Below, piece after piece: positions 37,561 to 50,489 of a stretch of 64,000 nt of DNA. This stretch comes from Eledone cirrhosa (lineage: Eukaryota). The position numbers and the translations under genes are program-made. The DNA lies in the NCBI GenBank assembly GCA_964016885.1, contig OZ024741.1, positions 149,420,001-149,484,000 on the forward strand, written 5' to 3'. Below the pieces are notes generated by a model. It saw only the letters and a list, made by a program, of their open reading frames with translations. It searched no databases and had not been told where the DNA came from. The number at the start of each line of letters is the position of its first letter. Position 1 is the first letter of the stretch.

Positions 37561-40500
37561 ACACATGGTACCTTTTGTTTGTGATTTTCTATGAGTGCTT
37601 GTATCCCACAATAAAAAACAAAAATACCTTCAACTTACTTATAGCTAGATCAATTCAACTGTTGAGTGCTAAATGTTTTGCTCACTGAATTAACTCAGTT
37701 CCCACAGTAGGACAGAAACCAATGATTTCTCAGCTGGAAGTCTGGAATGCTCTGATCAGTTGAGTCTGTACTCTACTATAATTGTTAAATTTTTAGGAAG
37801 GATGGAATGTAGTGCTGATGACCAAAAATATATCTCCAATATCCAACGTTACAATTAAGAACACTTAGCTAAGTATCTAACTTCCTAAAGAGTATATATA
37901 TATTACTCACTCATACACTTCCTCTGTTCTGTGATAGATAAAAAGTCATTCATCTTTACCTTACACACTCATACACCCGCCCCACACACACACTTAATTA
38001 TGAAAGAAATCTCTAAGAATATTGCTTCAGACTGTTTGGAACATGAGGTAGGATAGTCATGGTGATTATCACTTTCATTAACCATTTTGATGCCTGAAAC
38101 CTCTATTGGTTTTATGATGCTAAACTGTTTATTTTAAAGTGTTTATATCTATCTAAAAACCTTTTATCATAGTGTTATGCTTTTGTTATGTTCCAAACAC
38201 TAACTTAATAATGAGAAAGTTAGTTACATTATTAAAGCCTGCCAAATTCTTGATTACTTTCGAAATGATTTGAAAAATATAGGCAGTTGTCTTTCATTAG
38301 AAATATAATATGGTAATGAAAGTTAAAGTACAATGAAGTGGTTCCAAGTGAAAATTAAAACCAAAGTGCTCAAAACTTACTAATAACATCATCATCATCA
38401 TCATCATCTTCGATTAACATCCATTTTCCACGCTAGCATGGGTTAAACGTACAAGTAAAAGGAAAAAAAATGGATTCTTAACAAGAAACAAGGTTAATGA
38501 TTGCAAGGTAAATAAAATAAAGTACTAGTCATGTACTGGAGTCAGTTTAGTTGACTATGCCCACCACCATATTTGTGATCTCGTATCATTGTTAGAAATC
38601 CACACCAGCTACTTCTACATATCTAATTTAGATTGTGATGTACCTAGCAGGAATATATTTCATTGTTGGTATTGTTTTTGTTGTTCTTGCTGTTCTTGTT
38701 TCATTGTCAATGAACCCTGACCAAACAGATTTATGATCAAAGGAATTATAGCCATGACCATACTGCCATTTTCCTTGCTTCAGTGCACCCAGAAAATACA
38801 TTATCCAGCATGTCTTTCTTTTCTATGACAGTAGGGTGGGATTTTGAGAGTGGTTTGGATGATATTTCTAGCAGGTGAAGTAGCCACATAGAAGTCCCCT
38901 TATTGGCATGCCATATGTGGAATGTTGTGTTATGGTCTTCTCTGTGTTTATATTAACTCTAATGTTTCTATTATTAAAGACAAAGCACTATGAATGCCCC
39001 TTATATTTTATACCTGTTACAATGGAGACTTTCCTAACAATAGACAGATACATTGAACAAGAAACATACTTTACTTACTCAGTCCCTGATACAAATGTCT
39101 GGACAATTTTCCTTAATTTCCGTATCAATGAATATACTTATGGATTAGTTGAGAGAAAAACTGGACATAAGAGGAATCATATGTGGTATGCAGGAGAGAA
39201 GATTATGTTGGTACAGACATGTAAAGCATATGGATATTGACCGCTTGGTAAAGAAGAGCCAGGAGTCCAAGTGGAAGGAAGTCATGGAAGAGGAAAACCC
39301 AAAAAGACCTAGACAGAGGTGGATAATGTTGACCTTGGGATACTGAGCCTCACAAAGATGACAAAGGAAAGAAAGAAGTAGAAAGGTGTTGCACTGGAGA
39401 GGACTTATTTAACCCATGCAAGCACAGAAAAATGGATATAAAAACAATCATCATGATCATCATCATCGTTATCATGATCATCATCAACATGACAGAAAAA
39501 TCTCAAAGGATTAAGGTTTGATAACTTTCAGCGGCAATCATTGGATAATTATGCAATATGTGTTGTGTATCTGGACTTGATAATTCTTTCATATTAGTTT
39601 GTGATGAAAATCTAGATACTTGTTTCCATCTACTTATGACTTAACCAACACTAAATTACCTAATATGTACCTTGTTTTTAATAAGTTCTTGATAATTTGT
39701 CTAACATATAACTGTTTAACCGCTTCTATTCTATGAAATATTTCCAATGTTGTAAATACACAGAACTGCTCTGCTACTTTTTGCTATATTCATTAGTTAT
39801 ATGTTGACTGCTTGGATTTTAGTCATATAAACCAAACCTAAAATTGGATTAAAGGTATTCTCTCCCCTTAGAGAAACGTTTTAGTTGTTTTTGTTTTGAG
39901 TATCATATGGATCATCATGCAGAAAGGCTCTGATGAGATGTCAGAGCTGTACTCATTTGAATCTGTCCTATTACACAGATGAACAGATTAAGTGTAAAAA
40001 ATAATGACTTAACACCAGAAGAGATGTAGAACCAATTCCTTCTTTCACAGTGGAATGAATTCCAAGAAGGATAAGAAGCAGGATTTCCATGAGTTGATAT
40101 TTTTGGAGGCTTTGTGAGCAGATTTCAATTGACAATAAAAACATTCCACCACACCAATGGCTGCAGAATAGTAAGCCAAATATATCTAGCTTTAGTTGAT
40201 CTGGAGAAGGTATTTGACAGAGTTCTACCATCTGTTACCTGGTAGTCCTTAAGGAAACTGGGTATAGATGTATAACGGCGGCGAAGATTCGAAACCGAAT
40301 CTGAACTTTCCCACTTCTGGGACAAGCAGTGGTAAGTTGTTTACACTCAAGAGACTAACCCCTTGAGAGAGGCTAAACACAGGTCAGAGGTGTTTACGCC
40401 TGACAGAAAATAGGTCAGAGGATATATCCATCTTTCTGACTTGTTTACGCTTGGCAAACTAATCCCTTGGGAGACTAACCAAAGTTCAGAGGATATATCT

Positions 40501-41524
40501 ATCCTTCTAACTTCAACTCTTATAAATACATATGTTGTTTACGCCCCGACAGAAAAGGAGTGATATACAGATAAGACAAGTCGCATTTACAAGCTCTCGT
40601 CACGAAAAACCAGTCTGTCCATTATTCTCACCTTCCTAGCTGATCGCTGACTCCTACTACTAAAACAAGCAAATATACTGATACGCACACACGCATTCAT
40701 AGTGAGTTCACACTATTTGTATTTTTACACGCACCATTTCTGTCTATACATATTGTATTTTTCGGAATCAGTACAAATTATATTTTAATCGTATTCTGTG
40801 ATACTTGAATTTACGTGGCTCGAAGATCCACCAAATTATTGTATGAATATTTTGTGTTATTGATTTTATCATTCAATATTCAAATTGAATATTGTTATAA
40901 TAAAATAAACTTTGTAACAGCACAATCCTGGTATTTTCTTTACATCGAAACCACCATACCAACAGTTACATCCATCCACTTATCGTTACAACCACACATA
41001 ATATTCCGTTACAACTGGTGACCCCGTAAAACAGACACACAACCTTCTGATCATCCACTACAAACGATGTCTCTAGCACACGACGATTCACCTACGGCAG
41101 AAATGGCAGTCAGGGTGGCATTTACATTAAGGATTCCACCATTCTGGTGCATGATCCAACACTGGTTCACGCACATCGAAGCGCAGTTCGCATCGAACCG
41201 GATCGTTAGCGAGGCATCCCGTCTCACACATGTCATCGGTTCGATGTCTCTGGAGATTATGAATGAGGTTCGAGATCTCATTTTAGCACCATCCCGGATG
41301 AAATTTTCAAGCAACTCTTCCTCCAACCTTTGCCTTCTGCCACACAAGTTGTACTAGCATCCACCAGGGAGTCCACCACCATAGAAGAACTCGCCGAGCT
41401 GGCAGATAAGATCATGGAGGTACCACATCCGCACTCAACTTTAGCGAATGTGACGCCAGCCGTGCCTTCCACCAATCCTTTCCTTCAGCCCTCCAGTGCC
41501 ACAAAGATGCCCAATCTACACTAG

Positions 41525-43493
41525 TGTAGCAAGAGTTGCCTCCCTTGTTGTGACGATCACATCACCAATAGATTAACGCTCTCTAGACAGGAAGTAGCTG
41601 GAGTTACTTCCCGTTGGGGTGGCAGAACACTTTTTGTCACTTTCGTCTAGAGACCCTATAAAAGGGATACTCAGAGCGATCTCTCTCTCATTTGCCCTTT
41701 CGGCTGCTGGTCTTCGGCCAGGCGCGTTCGTCTGGCAACCCTAGCATGGTCTCTTGTGAGCTAACTTCAAAACGGTAACAAATAACTTTACTTCATTCTT
41801 TCATCTACTCATGGACATGTCAACTATACTATTCTGCATAACTTCAACTTGTTAATTAAACTTTATACACACAACTGAGACTTTTTTTGTATTCATATAA
41901 TCCAGTATTTTGCAACTATGTGTCGCATTCCACTGGATGTATATATATATGTTTTTCGTTTCTTCTTACAACGAACACTTTTTTTTTTTTTTTTTTTTAA
42001 ATTGATTTTTTTTTTTTTTAACACATTTCAACATGAACATTTACTTTCGCTGAATCTCAACTATTACTTATTCTTTCTGCCAAGCTTTTTTCATCGTTCA
42101 CAAAAAAGTTGAACTCGCCATATTTGTTATACCAAGTGAAGCCTTTCTTTCTGTTTCATCATATTATCACGTTCACACACGAGTTTTTCAAAATGGCTGC
42201 CAACAACCTTGTTTCGGCACATGTGGGCAGCACACATCTCGACTCACTGAGATACCACACGCCATAGAAATATATTTTTTTTCGACTTGACTTTAACCTT
42301 GTTTCGGCACGTGTGAGCAGCACACATCTCGACTCACTGAGATACCACACGCCATAGATAATGTTTCCTTGCCAAGGATTCTCCAGCCTTAAGCTATATT
42401 CTCCTATTTGCCGGTTTAAAAATTTACCACGTAAATTTGCCGTTGAAAACTGCGCATTTATTCAGAATGCTTATTTCTTTGGTCGCTGGCCTCTTGACCC
42501 TTCCAGGTCAACGCATTCTCAACATCGACCATCAACTTTGGCTGTTATTTCTAGCACTTTGCGCAACTTATTTTTTCTGGGAAAATTTTTACTGTGAATT
42601 TAAACAACATCGAATACGCTCACTCCGCGAGACAACAACAACACAGCTTCATCAACAACCAAAACCAGCAGAACAAGCCAGAGAATTTATTTTTGCAGCA
42701 CTCTTCCTGTGAGAAAATCCCTTCGAAGATTGGAAATTTCGTTGTACCACAGTCTAGAGACCACCTGCATACATTCTCTGGAACACACTTTCTTTCTTGC
42801 TGTCATGTGATTGCACACCTGTGAACTGTATTTTGAACTTTGACCTCTTCTTTTACTTTGATTATATTGTATCTTTGAGTGATGGATAGATAGATGTCCA
42901 GTCGTTCTCTGGCCAAGAGCGGTTGGCTACCTTGATATCTATCATTGATTTTTGCATGCATATATTTTGCTGTTTTCCTTTTATTGCAAACATTATTTTT
43001 TTCGTAATTTTCATGCCTGGACTTTGGTGTTACAACATGCTCGCCATCTTCATACATGGTTCATTCGATTTTTATGTTTTAAAAATCTGGCGGGAGATAA
43101 TGTAGCAAGAGTTGCCTCCCTTGTTGTGACGATCACATCACCAATAGATTAACGCTCTCTAGACAGGAAGTAGCTGGAGTTACTTCCCGTTGGGGTGGCA
43201 GAACCCTTTTTGTCACTTCCGTCTTGATACCCTATAAAAGGGATACTCAGAGCGATCTCTCTCTCATTTGCCGTTTCGGCTGCTGGTCTTCGGCCAGGCG
43301 CGTTCGTCTGGCAACCCTAACATGGTCTCTTGCGAGCTAACTTCAAAACGGTAACAAATAACTTTACTTCATTCTTTCATCTACTCATGGACATGTCAAC
43401 TATACTATTCTACATAACTTCAACTTGTTAATTAAACTTTATACACACAACTGAGACTTTTGTTGTATTCATACACACCAGTATTTTGTTATA
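41525..43493 (+). mobile_element. Non-autonomous LTR element (LTRs ~41525-41918 and 43101-43493; ~1.18-kb non-coding interior) inserted in the host gag
   Basis: ~393-bp direct repeats starting tgtagcaa; purine-rich tract before the second LTR; TSD ctag/ccag. Removing it restores gag MPNLH-QSLAQQ. Confidence 0.9.
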
Positions 43494-43730
43494 CCAGTCA
43501 CTGGCACAGCAAGCAACCCAGATACAGGCCTTGACGCAACAAATTCAGGCCTTGTCACTGGGCAACCCTGCCACGCGTCGGTCCAACAGTCGAACTCGCC
43601 GATTTGGTGGTCGCTCAAGAAGTCCGAGCGCATCTCGGGATTCACCAGAAATGTGTTGGTACCACCAAAGATTCGGGAGACGAGCGCAAACGTCCAGCCA
43701 TCCCTGTTCATTTGTTTCGAAAACGAATCA

Positions 43731-43793
43731 GGGAAACGACACAGCCAGAAACTGAATGCGACGGACGTTTCTGGCCCTCATAACCAAAGTCGC
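43731..43793 (+). promoter_or_regulatory. -1 ribosomal frameshift signal (G GGA AAC plus H-type pseudoknot) at the gag-pol junction of the CsRn1-like element
   Basis: Heptamer in the gag frame, pol ORF in the -1 frame. Stem 1 GCCAGAAAC/GTTTCTGGC (43744-43775); loop GCGAC pairs with GTCGC (43789-43793). Confidence 0.8.
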
Positions 43794-44236
43794 CTATTTT
43801 TTATTCAGGATCGCGTCACAGGCACGCGTTTCCTGGTCGACACCGGTGCTGAAGTCAGCATCATCCCGGTTTCCTGCGTTCCTGGAAAAAGGAGAGAGAC
43901 ACCAGCCTGGCCCCAGGCGGTGAATCACTCACATATTCCGACCTACGGAGAACAGTCCCTGACACTAAATTTGGGACTACACCGCACTTTCCAGTGGGTA
44001 TTCGTTGTGGCTAAGCTGCCGGCTCCTATTTTAGGAGCTGATTTTCTTCAGCACTTCTCGCTGCTAGTGGACCTGAAAAACCAACGACTCGTTGATAACT
44101 CCGCTGGTCTCGCTGTGCGCGGCATAGTCGCTAGGACAGCCACAGTCAGTCCAGTCATTTCACAATCGACAACAACAACCCGGTACAACCACATCATCAA
44201 CAAATACCCAGACGTAGCTCGACCACTATTCAACGC

Positions 44237-46039
44237 TTGCCCTGTAAACATGACGTCACACACCACATAAAAACACACGGCCTACCTGTAGCTGCACGAC
44301 CTAGAAGGCTACCACCAGACCGGCTAAAGTCCGTCAAACAAGAATTTCAGCACATGCTGGATCTCGGCATCATACGTCCGTCCAGCAGCAACTGGTCCTC
44401 ACCCATACACTGTGTACCCAAGAATTCGTTGAACGACTGGCGAATCTGTGGCGACTACCGTGCACTGAACAACTGCACCGTTCCTGACTCTTATCCAATG
44501 CCTCATCTACAGGACTTCTCTAGCTCGCTGCACGGGGTTCGCATATTTTCGAAGATCGATCTTGTGCGAGCTTACAATCAGATACCCGTTGATCCCGCAG
44601 ATATTCCTAAGACCGCCGTCACAACACCCTTTGGAATGTTCGAATTTCTGCGTACGCCTTTCGGTTTGCGAAATGCAGCGCAGACATTCCAGCGATTCAT
44701 CGATACAGTCACCAGAGGTCTACATTTTGTATACGCATACATTGACGACTTACTGGTGGCCAGCAGCTCCGATGAAGAACATGAGAAACACCTAGATCTC
44801 CTATTCACACGTTTGCGTGAATACGGAATTGTTATCAACCCCAGCAAATGTGAGTTCGGAGTTGCGTCCCTTCATTTTCTGGGACACATCCTTGACAAAG
44901 ATGGTATTCGCCCACTTAAGGAGAAAGTCAAATCCATGATTGACTTTCCACAACCTACATCTCTCCGCAAACTGCGAGAATTTCTTGGCCTGGTTAACTT
45001 CTACAGAAGATTTATACCCCACTGTGCAGAGACAGCCCAACCACTTACAGATTTGCTACGGCAGCGTACAACCAAAAACGCAAACATCATTCTCAGCGAA
45101 AAAGAATGTACCGCTTTCGCTGAGTTGAAGAAAATGTTGTCCGCGGCTACAATGCTGAGTTACCCCAAACCTGACGCCCCAATGTGTTTATTGACTGATG
45201 CATCCGATTTCGGAGTTGGGGGTGTGCTTCAACAACTCTCTGGCGATATTTGGCGACCTGTATCTTTTTTCTCTAAGCGATTAAAACCCGCCGAAACTAA
45301 GTACAGCACATTCAGTCGTGAATTATTGGCAGCATACCTTGCTGTCAAGCATTTTCGACACATGCTAGAAGGTCGTGTGTTCTCCATATACACCGACTAC
45401 AAACCACTAGTGTACGCGTTTAACGCCAAGCCTGACCGACACTCATCCAGGGAGGTCCGACATCTGGACTTCATTTCTCAGTACACTACTGATATTCGGT
45501 ACATTAAGGGTGCCACCAACTCAGCAGCTGATGCCCTATCGCGCATGGAGCTTAACGCAATCCACACCACTGTCACTATCAACCTCCAGAAGATTGCAGC
45601 AGATCAACAGAATGACGAGGAACTGCTGCAGCTCCAAAAATCATCCTTGAAATTGCAGGAATGCCCTCTGCCCTCTTCTTCGGGTTATATTTGGTGCGAC
45701 ATCTCCACAGGCCACGAGCGCCCATACGTGCCCCGGAAACATCGACGCGACGTTTTCTCGACACTGCATTCTCTGGCACATCCTGGCGTCCGCACCACGC
45801 AGAAACTGATGGTTTCCCGCTTTGTGTGGCCCAACATCAACAAGGACACCCGCGAATGGGCTAGAAACTGTATCGCGTGGCAGAAGGCGAAAATTCACCG
45901 GCACATCAAAGCCCCGATCAGTTCTTTCACAACACCTGATGCACGATTCCAGCATGTGCATATAGACATCGTTGGACCTTTGCCTCCTTCTCACAACTAC
46001 ACTCATCTTCTCACCTGTGTAGACCGATTTTCTCGCTGA
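44237..46039 (+). pseudogene. pol fragment (RT, RNase H, start of integrase) of the CsRn1-like element
   Basis: 600-aa ORF with [26 protein letters not shown] and TDASD; frameshifted upstream, premature stop downstream. Confidence 0.93.
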
Positions 46040-46286
46040 CTAGAAGCTTTTCCCCTGCGGAAACTGTCGCCAAAACGCTAGTGTTTCACTGGGTTTCGCG
46101 TTTCGGCACATCCGCGACCATCACTACGGATAGAGGACGTCAGTTCGATTCGCACCTCTTTACCGAGCTGACTCGTCTCCTCGGGTGCAAACACATCCGT
46201 ACAACAGCGTATCACCCTGCCGCTAACGGCATGGTAGAACGCTTCCACCGCCAGCTAAAAGCATCTATCAAGGCTTACGAAGACTC

Positions 46287-49200
46287 TGTGGGTATGGTGT
46301 GGCGGGGGGGGCTCGACCGGAAGGGGTTTTTGAGTGCTCGACCGGAAGGGGTCTTTGACCGGAAGGATGCTCGACCGGAAGGGCCAGGAGAGGGCCTCTC
46401 TCTAGTGGTGACCAGCACACGGTGAGGACGCGTTTTGGGCAGCTCCCGGTGTTAAGCAGTCGGACGCACGTGGAAGAGGAGTACCTGCAGTGGAATTTAG
46501 CGGCGCCTGTGAAAAGCGGTAAGTGAGATAGCTTTTTCTAACCACAAGCTATTTCGGCGACTAAAAAAAAAAAAAAAAAAAAACACTTGCCGCAAAACAA
46601 ATCAGAAGATGGCGACAAGACTACGGATGAACGAAACTATCAGGCCATTCACCGGGGAAGGTGATGTTGTCGCTTGGTTGCGGAAGGTTCGGCTGGTCGC
46701 GGGCTTGCAGAAGATAGAAGACGTGGCCGGTCTCATTGCATTGTACCTCGAGGGCGACGCGTTGGTACTCTTCCTTGAGTTGGACGAGCACAGCCAAAGA
46801 GATGTGCAGAAGATTGAGAGGCGTCTGATGGATGCATTCGCCGAGGGACCGTTGGCGGCTTTTGCTAAGCTGGCGAGAATCAGGTGGAATGGTGAGCGCG
46901 TCGACATTTTCGCAGCGGAAATAAGGCGGTTGGCTATGTTGGCGGGTTACCAGGCGGAATGCGAACGCACGGTGCGGTTGGCATTCATCAATGGATTTCC
47001 GGACGACATAGCGGTGAAACTGCAGCAAGTCCCGGGGTACAAGGAGATGGAAATGCGTTCACTGGTGGAACAAGCCCGGATCATAGCGGAAGATGCCAAA
47101 AAGAGTGTCGCAGCGATAGCGACTACGGAGGCTCAGGACACCTGGCAGCGAAATGGTCAAAGGGAGGCAACCTCGGCTCGCGGCCGTTCGCGAGAATTTA
47201 AGGGCCGCTGTTTTAGGTGTCATGGCTCGCATATGGCTAGAGACTGTAAAGAGTCGAAGCCGGATATAATTTGCTACCGGTGTAAGCGACCAGGCCACAT
47301 CGCTACTAACTGCGACCAGGGAAACGGTCCAAGGGGAACTACTGCGCCGGTAGTTGCCCCTTATGAGTAGCGGCGCTGCCCGTGGTGGAAGTCTTCGTGA
47401 GGGGGAAGCCACAGCGAGCCCTCGTGGATACGGGCTGTACGACGACACTGGTGACCGCGGGGGTGGCGCAGAGGTGGGGAGGGAAGAGCAGCGTAAGGGC
47501 AGTCGACGGCAGGAAAATTGAATGCCGAGGTCGCAGCGAGATGGAAATAGCGGTACGGGGAAGGACGATAAGGCTTTCCGCCATCGTGGTAGACAGTGTG
47601 GTGGATGGGATCGGCGTGGTTATGGGCATGGACGCGATTGGCCGTCTAGGGGGCGTCACGGTGAACAATGTCGGTGTGTCGTTTGGCGCCGTTGCCTCGG
47701 TATGCGCTGTGAGTGCACGTCATGAGAACCAGAAGGCCCACGAGGAGCAATACCCCGCTTACACTGTACAGAACAAGGACTTCAAGGCCGTGTTTGATGG
47801 GCAGCGATGGGTTGTTGAGTGGTACTGGAAGGGAGAACCACCAACACTGAAGACCAAAGTGGGCTGCTATCAACACACATTGAAGGGAAACGCTAGGGGC
47901 GAGTTCGAGCGAGAAGTAGAGAGATGGATCGAAGAGGGCATACTGCTTCCCTGGAAGGAGGAGGTGAAGTGCGGAGTATTGCCGTTGATGGCGGTGGTGC
48001 AACCCACGAAGAGCAAGGTGAGGCCGGTGCTGGACTATCGAGAGCTGAACGAGCACGTGTCATGCCACACGGGTGGCGAGGTCACGGATGTCTGTGGGGA
48101 AACCCTGCGTGAGTGGAGATGCATGACGGGGGGTTCAGCGATCGTGGATCTAAAGTCGGCTTACTTGCAGTTGCATATAGATGAGAAGCTCTGGCGGTAT
48201 CAGCTGGTCAGGTATAAGGGCCGGACATATTGCCTGACCAGGCTCGGTTTCGGGCTGAGCTCCGCACCGAAGATCATGGCGGCGGTCCTCAAGACCGCTC
48301 TGGGGAGGGCCGACAAGATAAAGAGGGCTACTAACTCCTACATTGACGACATCCTAGTGGACGAGTCGGTGGTGTCGACGGCGGAGGTCACGAGCCATTT
48401 GCGGAGGTACGGACTGACTGCGAAGCCATCAGAAGCATTGGAGGGAGGAGCCGCGCTGGGACTTAGGCTACGGCGAGATAAGACGGGCGTTTTGGTGTTC
48501 CAGAGGGGAAACGAAGTTCCGGAACTGGGCCCAAGTATGAATAGGCGGGAGCTTTTCTCGGTGTGTGGAAAGCTGGTGGGTCACTACCCGATCGCTGGGT
48601 GGCTCCGGACGGCATGCAGCTATGTCAAGAGACGAGCGGGAGGGGTGACTTGGAGTGACAGAGTGGGAGAGAGAACGGTGGCCATGATGCAGGAGATTGT
48701 GGGGAGGGTGAAGGCCGACGACCCAGTGCGGGGACGCTGGTACGTTCCCAAATCACGGAGGGGGACCGTATGGTGCGATGCCAGCAGCATAGCGCTGGGT
48801 GTCACGTTGGAGATAGGAGGTGTTGAGGTCGAGGATGCAGCCTGGCTTAGAAAGAAGGACGACTGCAGCCACATCAATGTGGCCGAGCTGGACGCGGTGT
48901 TGAGAGGGGTGAACCTCGCCCTGCGGTGGGGGCTGCGCACCATCGAGATACGCACCGACTCGGCTACCGTACTCGGATGGGTAAGATCAGTGCTCACCAG
49001 TGAGAAGAGAGTGCGAACGAGAGGGGCGGCGGAGATGCTGATAAAGCGCCGCCTGGGAACGTTAGGAGAGCTGGCCACCGAGTTCGACCTGAAGCTGAGC
49101 GTAGTGTTCGTGCCTTCAGAGAAAAATAGGGCGGACATCTTAACTAGAGTGAAGAAAGCCTGGATGGAAGCGCCGGAGGAGGTAGAGGATGAGATAGCTG

Positions 49201-50489
49201 CCGTGTGTCGGCTGACCGAGTTAGACCTGAAGGGGTTGCATGACATGCACCACATGGGAGTGGATAGGACTCTGTTCCTAGCCAGGAGAATCGACTCGGA
49301 TGTTACAGACACAGTGTTCAAAGAGTGGTTAGAGGCTGCGTCCGATGTCAGTCCATTGATCCCGCCCCGGGTGTACACGAAACGGGAAGCCTCCCGATGG
49401 ATCGAGACTGGAAGCGATTAGCGGTGGATGTGACGCACTACCGGCAGGGAACGTACCTCTCGATGGTCGACTGTGGACCAGGTCGAGTGGCGATATGGAG
49501 GGAGATGAAGACTGGAACGGCCGAGGAAATCGTGCGGACGTTGAGAGAGGTGTTCTTGGAGCAGGGCCCTGTGGATGAACTGCTGATGGACAACAGCGCA
49601 GCGTTCCGCTCGGAGGCACTGAGGGGGATGCTCGAGGGATGGAAGGTGGACCGTTTCTTCAGAGCGGCGCACAGGCCGAGCGGAAATGGAATCGTGGAGC
49701 GACACCACCGGACGATCAAGGCAATGGCGGAGCGGGGCCATATCTCACCAATGGAGGCAGTGTTCTGGTACAATATGTCCCCTCGGGTTGGACAGGTCGA
49801 GGAATCGGTGCCACACAGAGCAGTATTCAAATACGAGTGGCGGCACCCGTGCACGCCACCACAACGGCCAGTGGGGAGAGAGAGTGCATTCGTGCAGGTG
49901 GGCGAAGAAGTCTGGGTTAAGCCCCCTATGCACGGTGCACATCTCAATGGGGAAGGGGAACGGTGACGGCCGTAAATTCAAAGAACAATGTGTCCGTGGA
50001 CGGGGTACCACGTCATGTCCTGGATGTAAGAAGAATCACTGTATCGACGGACTCCGAGGAAGAGGAAACCCAAGATGAGGTGGAAACCCAGAAACCCTGC
50101 CCCCAATACTACGAAGATCGCAACGAAGTCGTAGACCACCGACCTGGACGGCAGACTTTCATATGCAGAGGGACGAGGGGGAAATTGATCCTTGAGATCA
50201 GGGGGGCGTGTGGGTATGGTGTGGCGTGCGGTGGCCGGGGGGGGGGGGGGGGGCTCGGCCGGAAGGGGTATTTGAGTGCTCGACTGGAAGGGGTCTTTGA
50301 CCGGAAGGATGCTCGACCGGAAGGGCCAGGAGAGGGCCTCTCTCTAGTGGTGACCAGCATACGGTGAGGACGCGTTTTGGGCAGCTCCCGGTGTTAAGCA
50401 GTCGAACGCACGTGGAATAGGAGTACCTGCAGTGGAATTTAGCGGCGCCTGTGAAAAGCGGTAAGACGAGATAGCTTTTTCTAACCACA
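46287..50489 (+). mobile_element. Compact (4.2-kb), GC-rich Ty3/Gypsy element nested in the host integrase: LTRs 46287-46546 and 50209-50489; gag 46609-47370; pol 47382-~50110
   Basis: TG...CA LTRs; 5-bp TSD GACTC; PPT gagatcagggggg. Two zinc knuckles, ALVDTGC, SYIDDIL, WCDAS and MDNSAAF...VERHH. Removing it restores host AYED-SNNWFEYLP. Confidence 0.96.
47319..47376 (+). promoter_or_regulatory. -1 frameshift signal (G GGA AAC plus pseudoknot) of the nested Gypsy
   Basis: Stem GGGG-AACTAC/GTAGTT-g-CCCC (47333-47360); loop GCGCCG pairs with CGGCGC (47371-47376). pol is in the -1 frame, with a TGA at 47364 in that frame. Confidence 0.75.

Noticed and set aside
37903-37945. Possible chitinase 5'-UTR exon (gtgagtaa donor on - strand)
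   Set aside because: A donor-like motif alone is insufficient without transcript evidence.
38078-38326. Possible TTAA-bounded MITE (loosely similar to 9142-9372)
   Set aside because: TIRs are too degenerate to support a call by eye.
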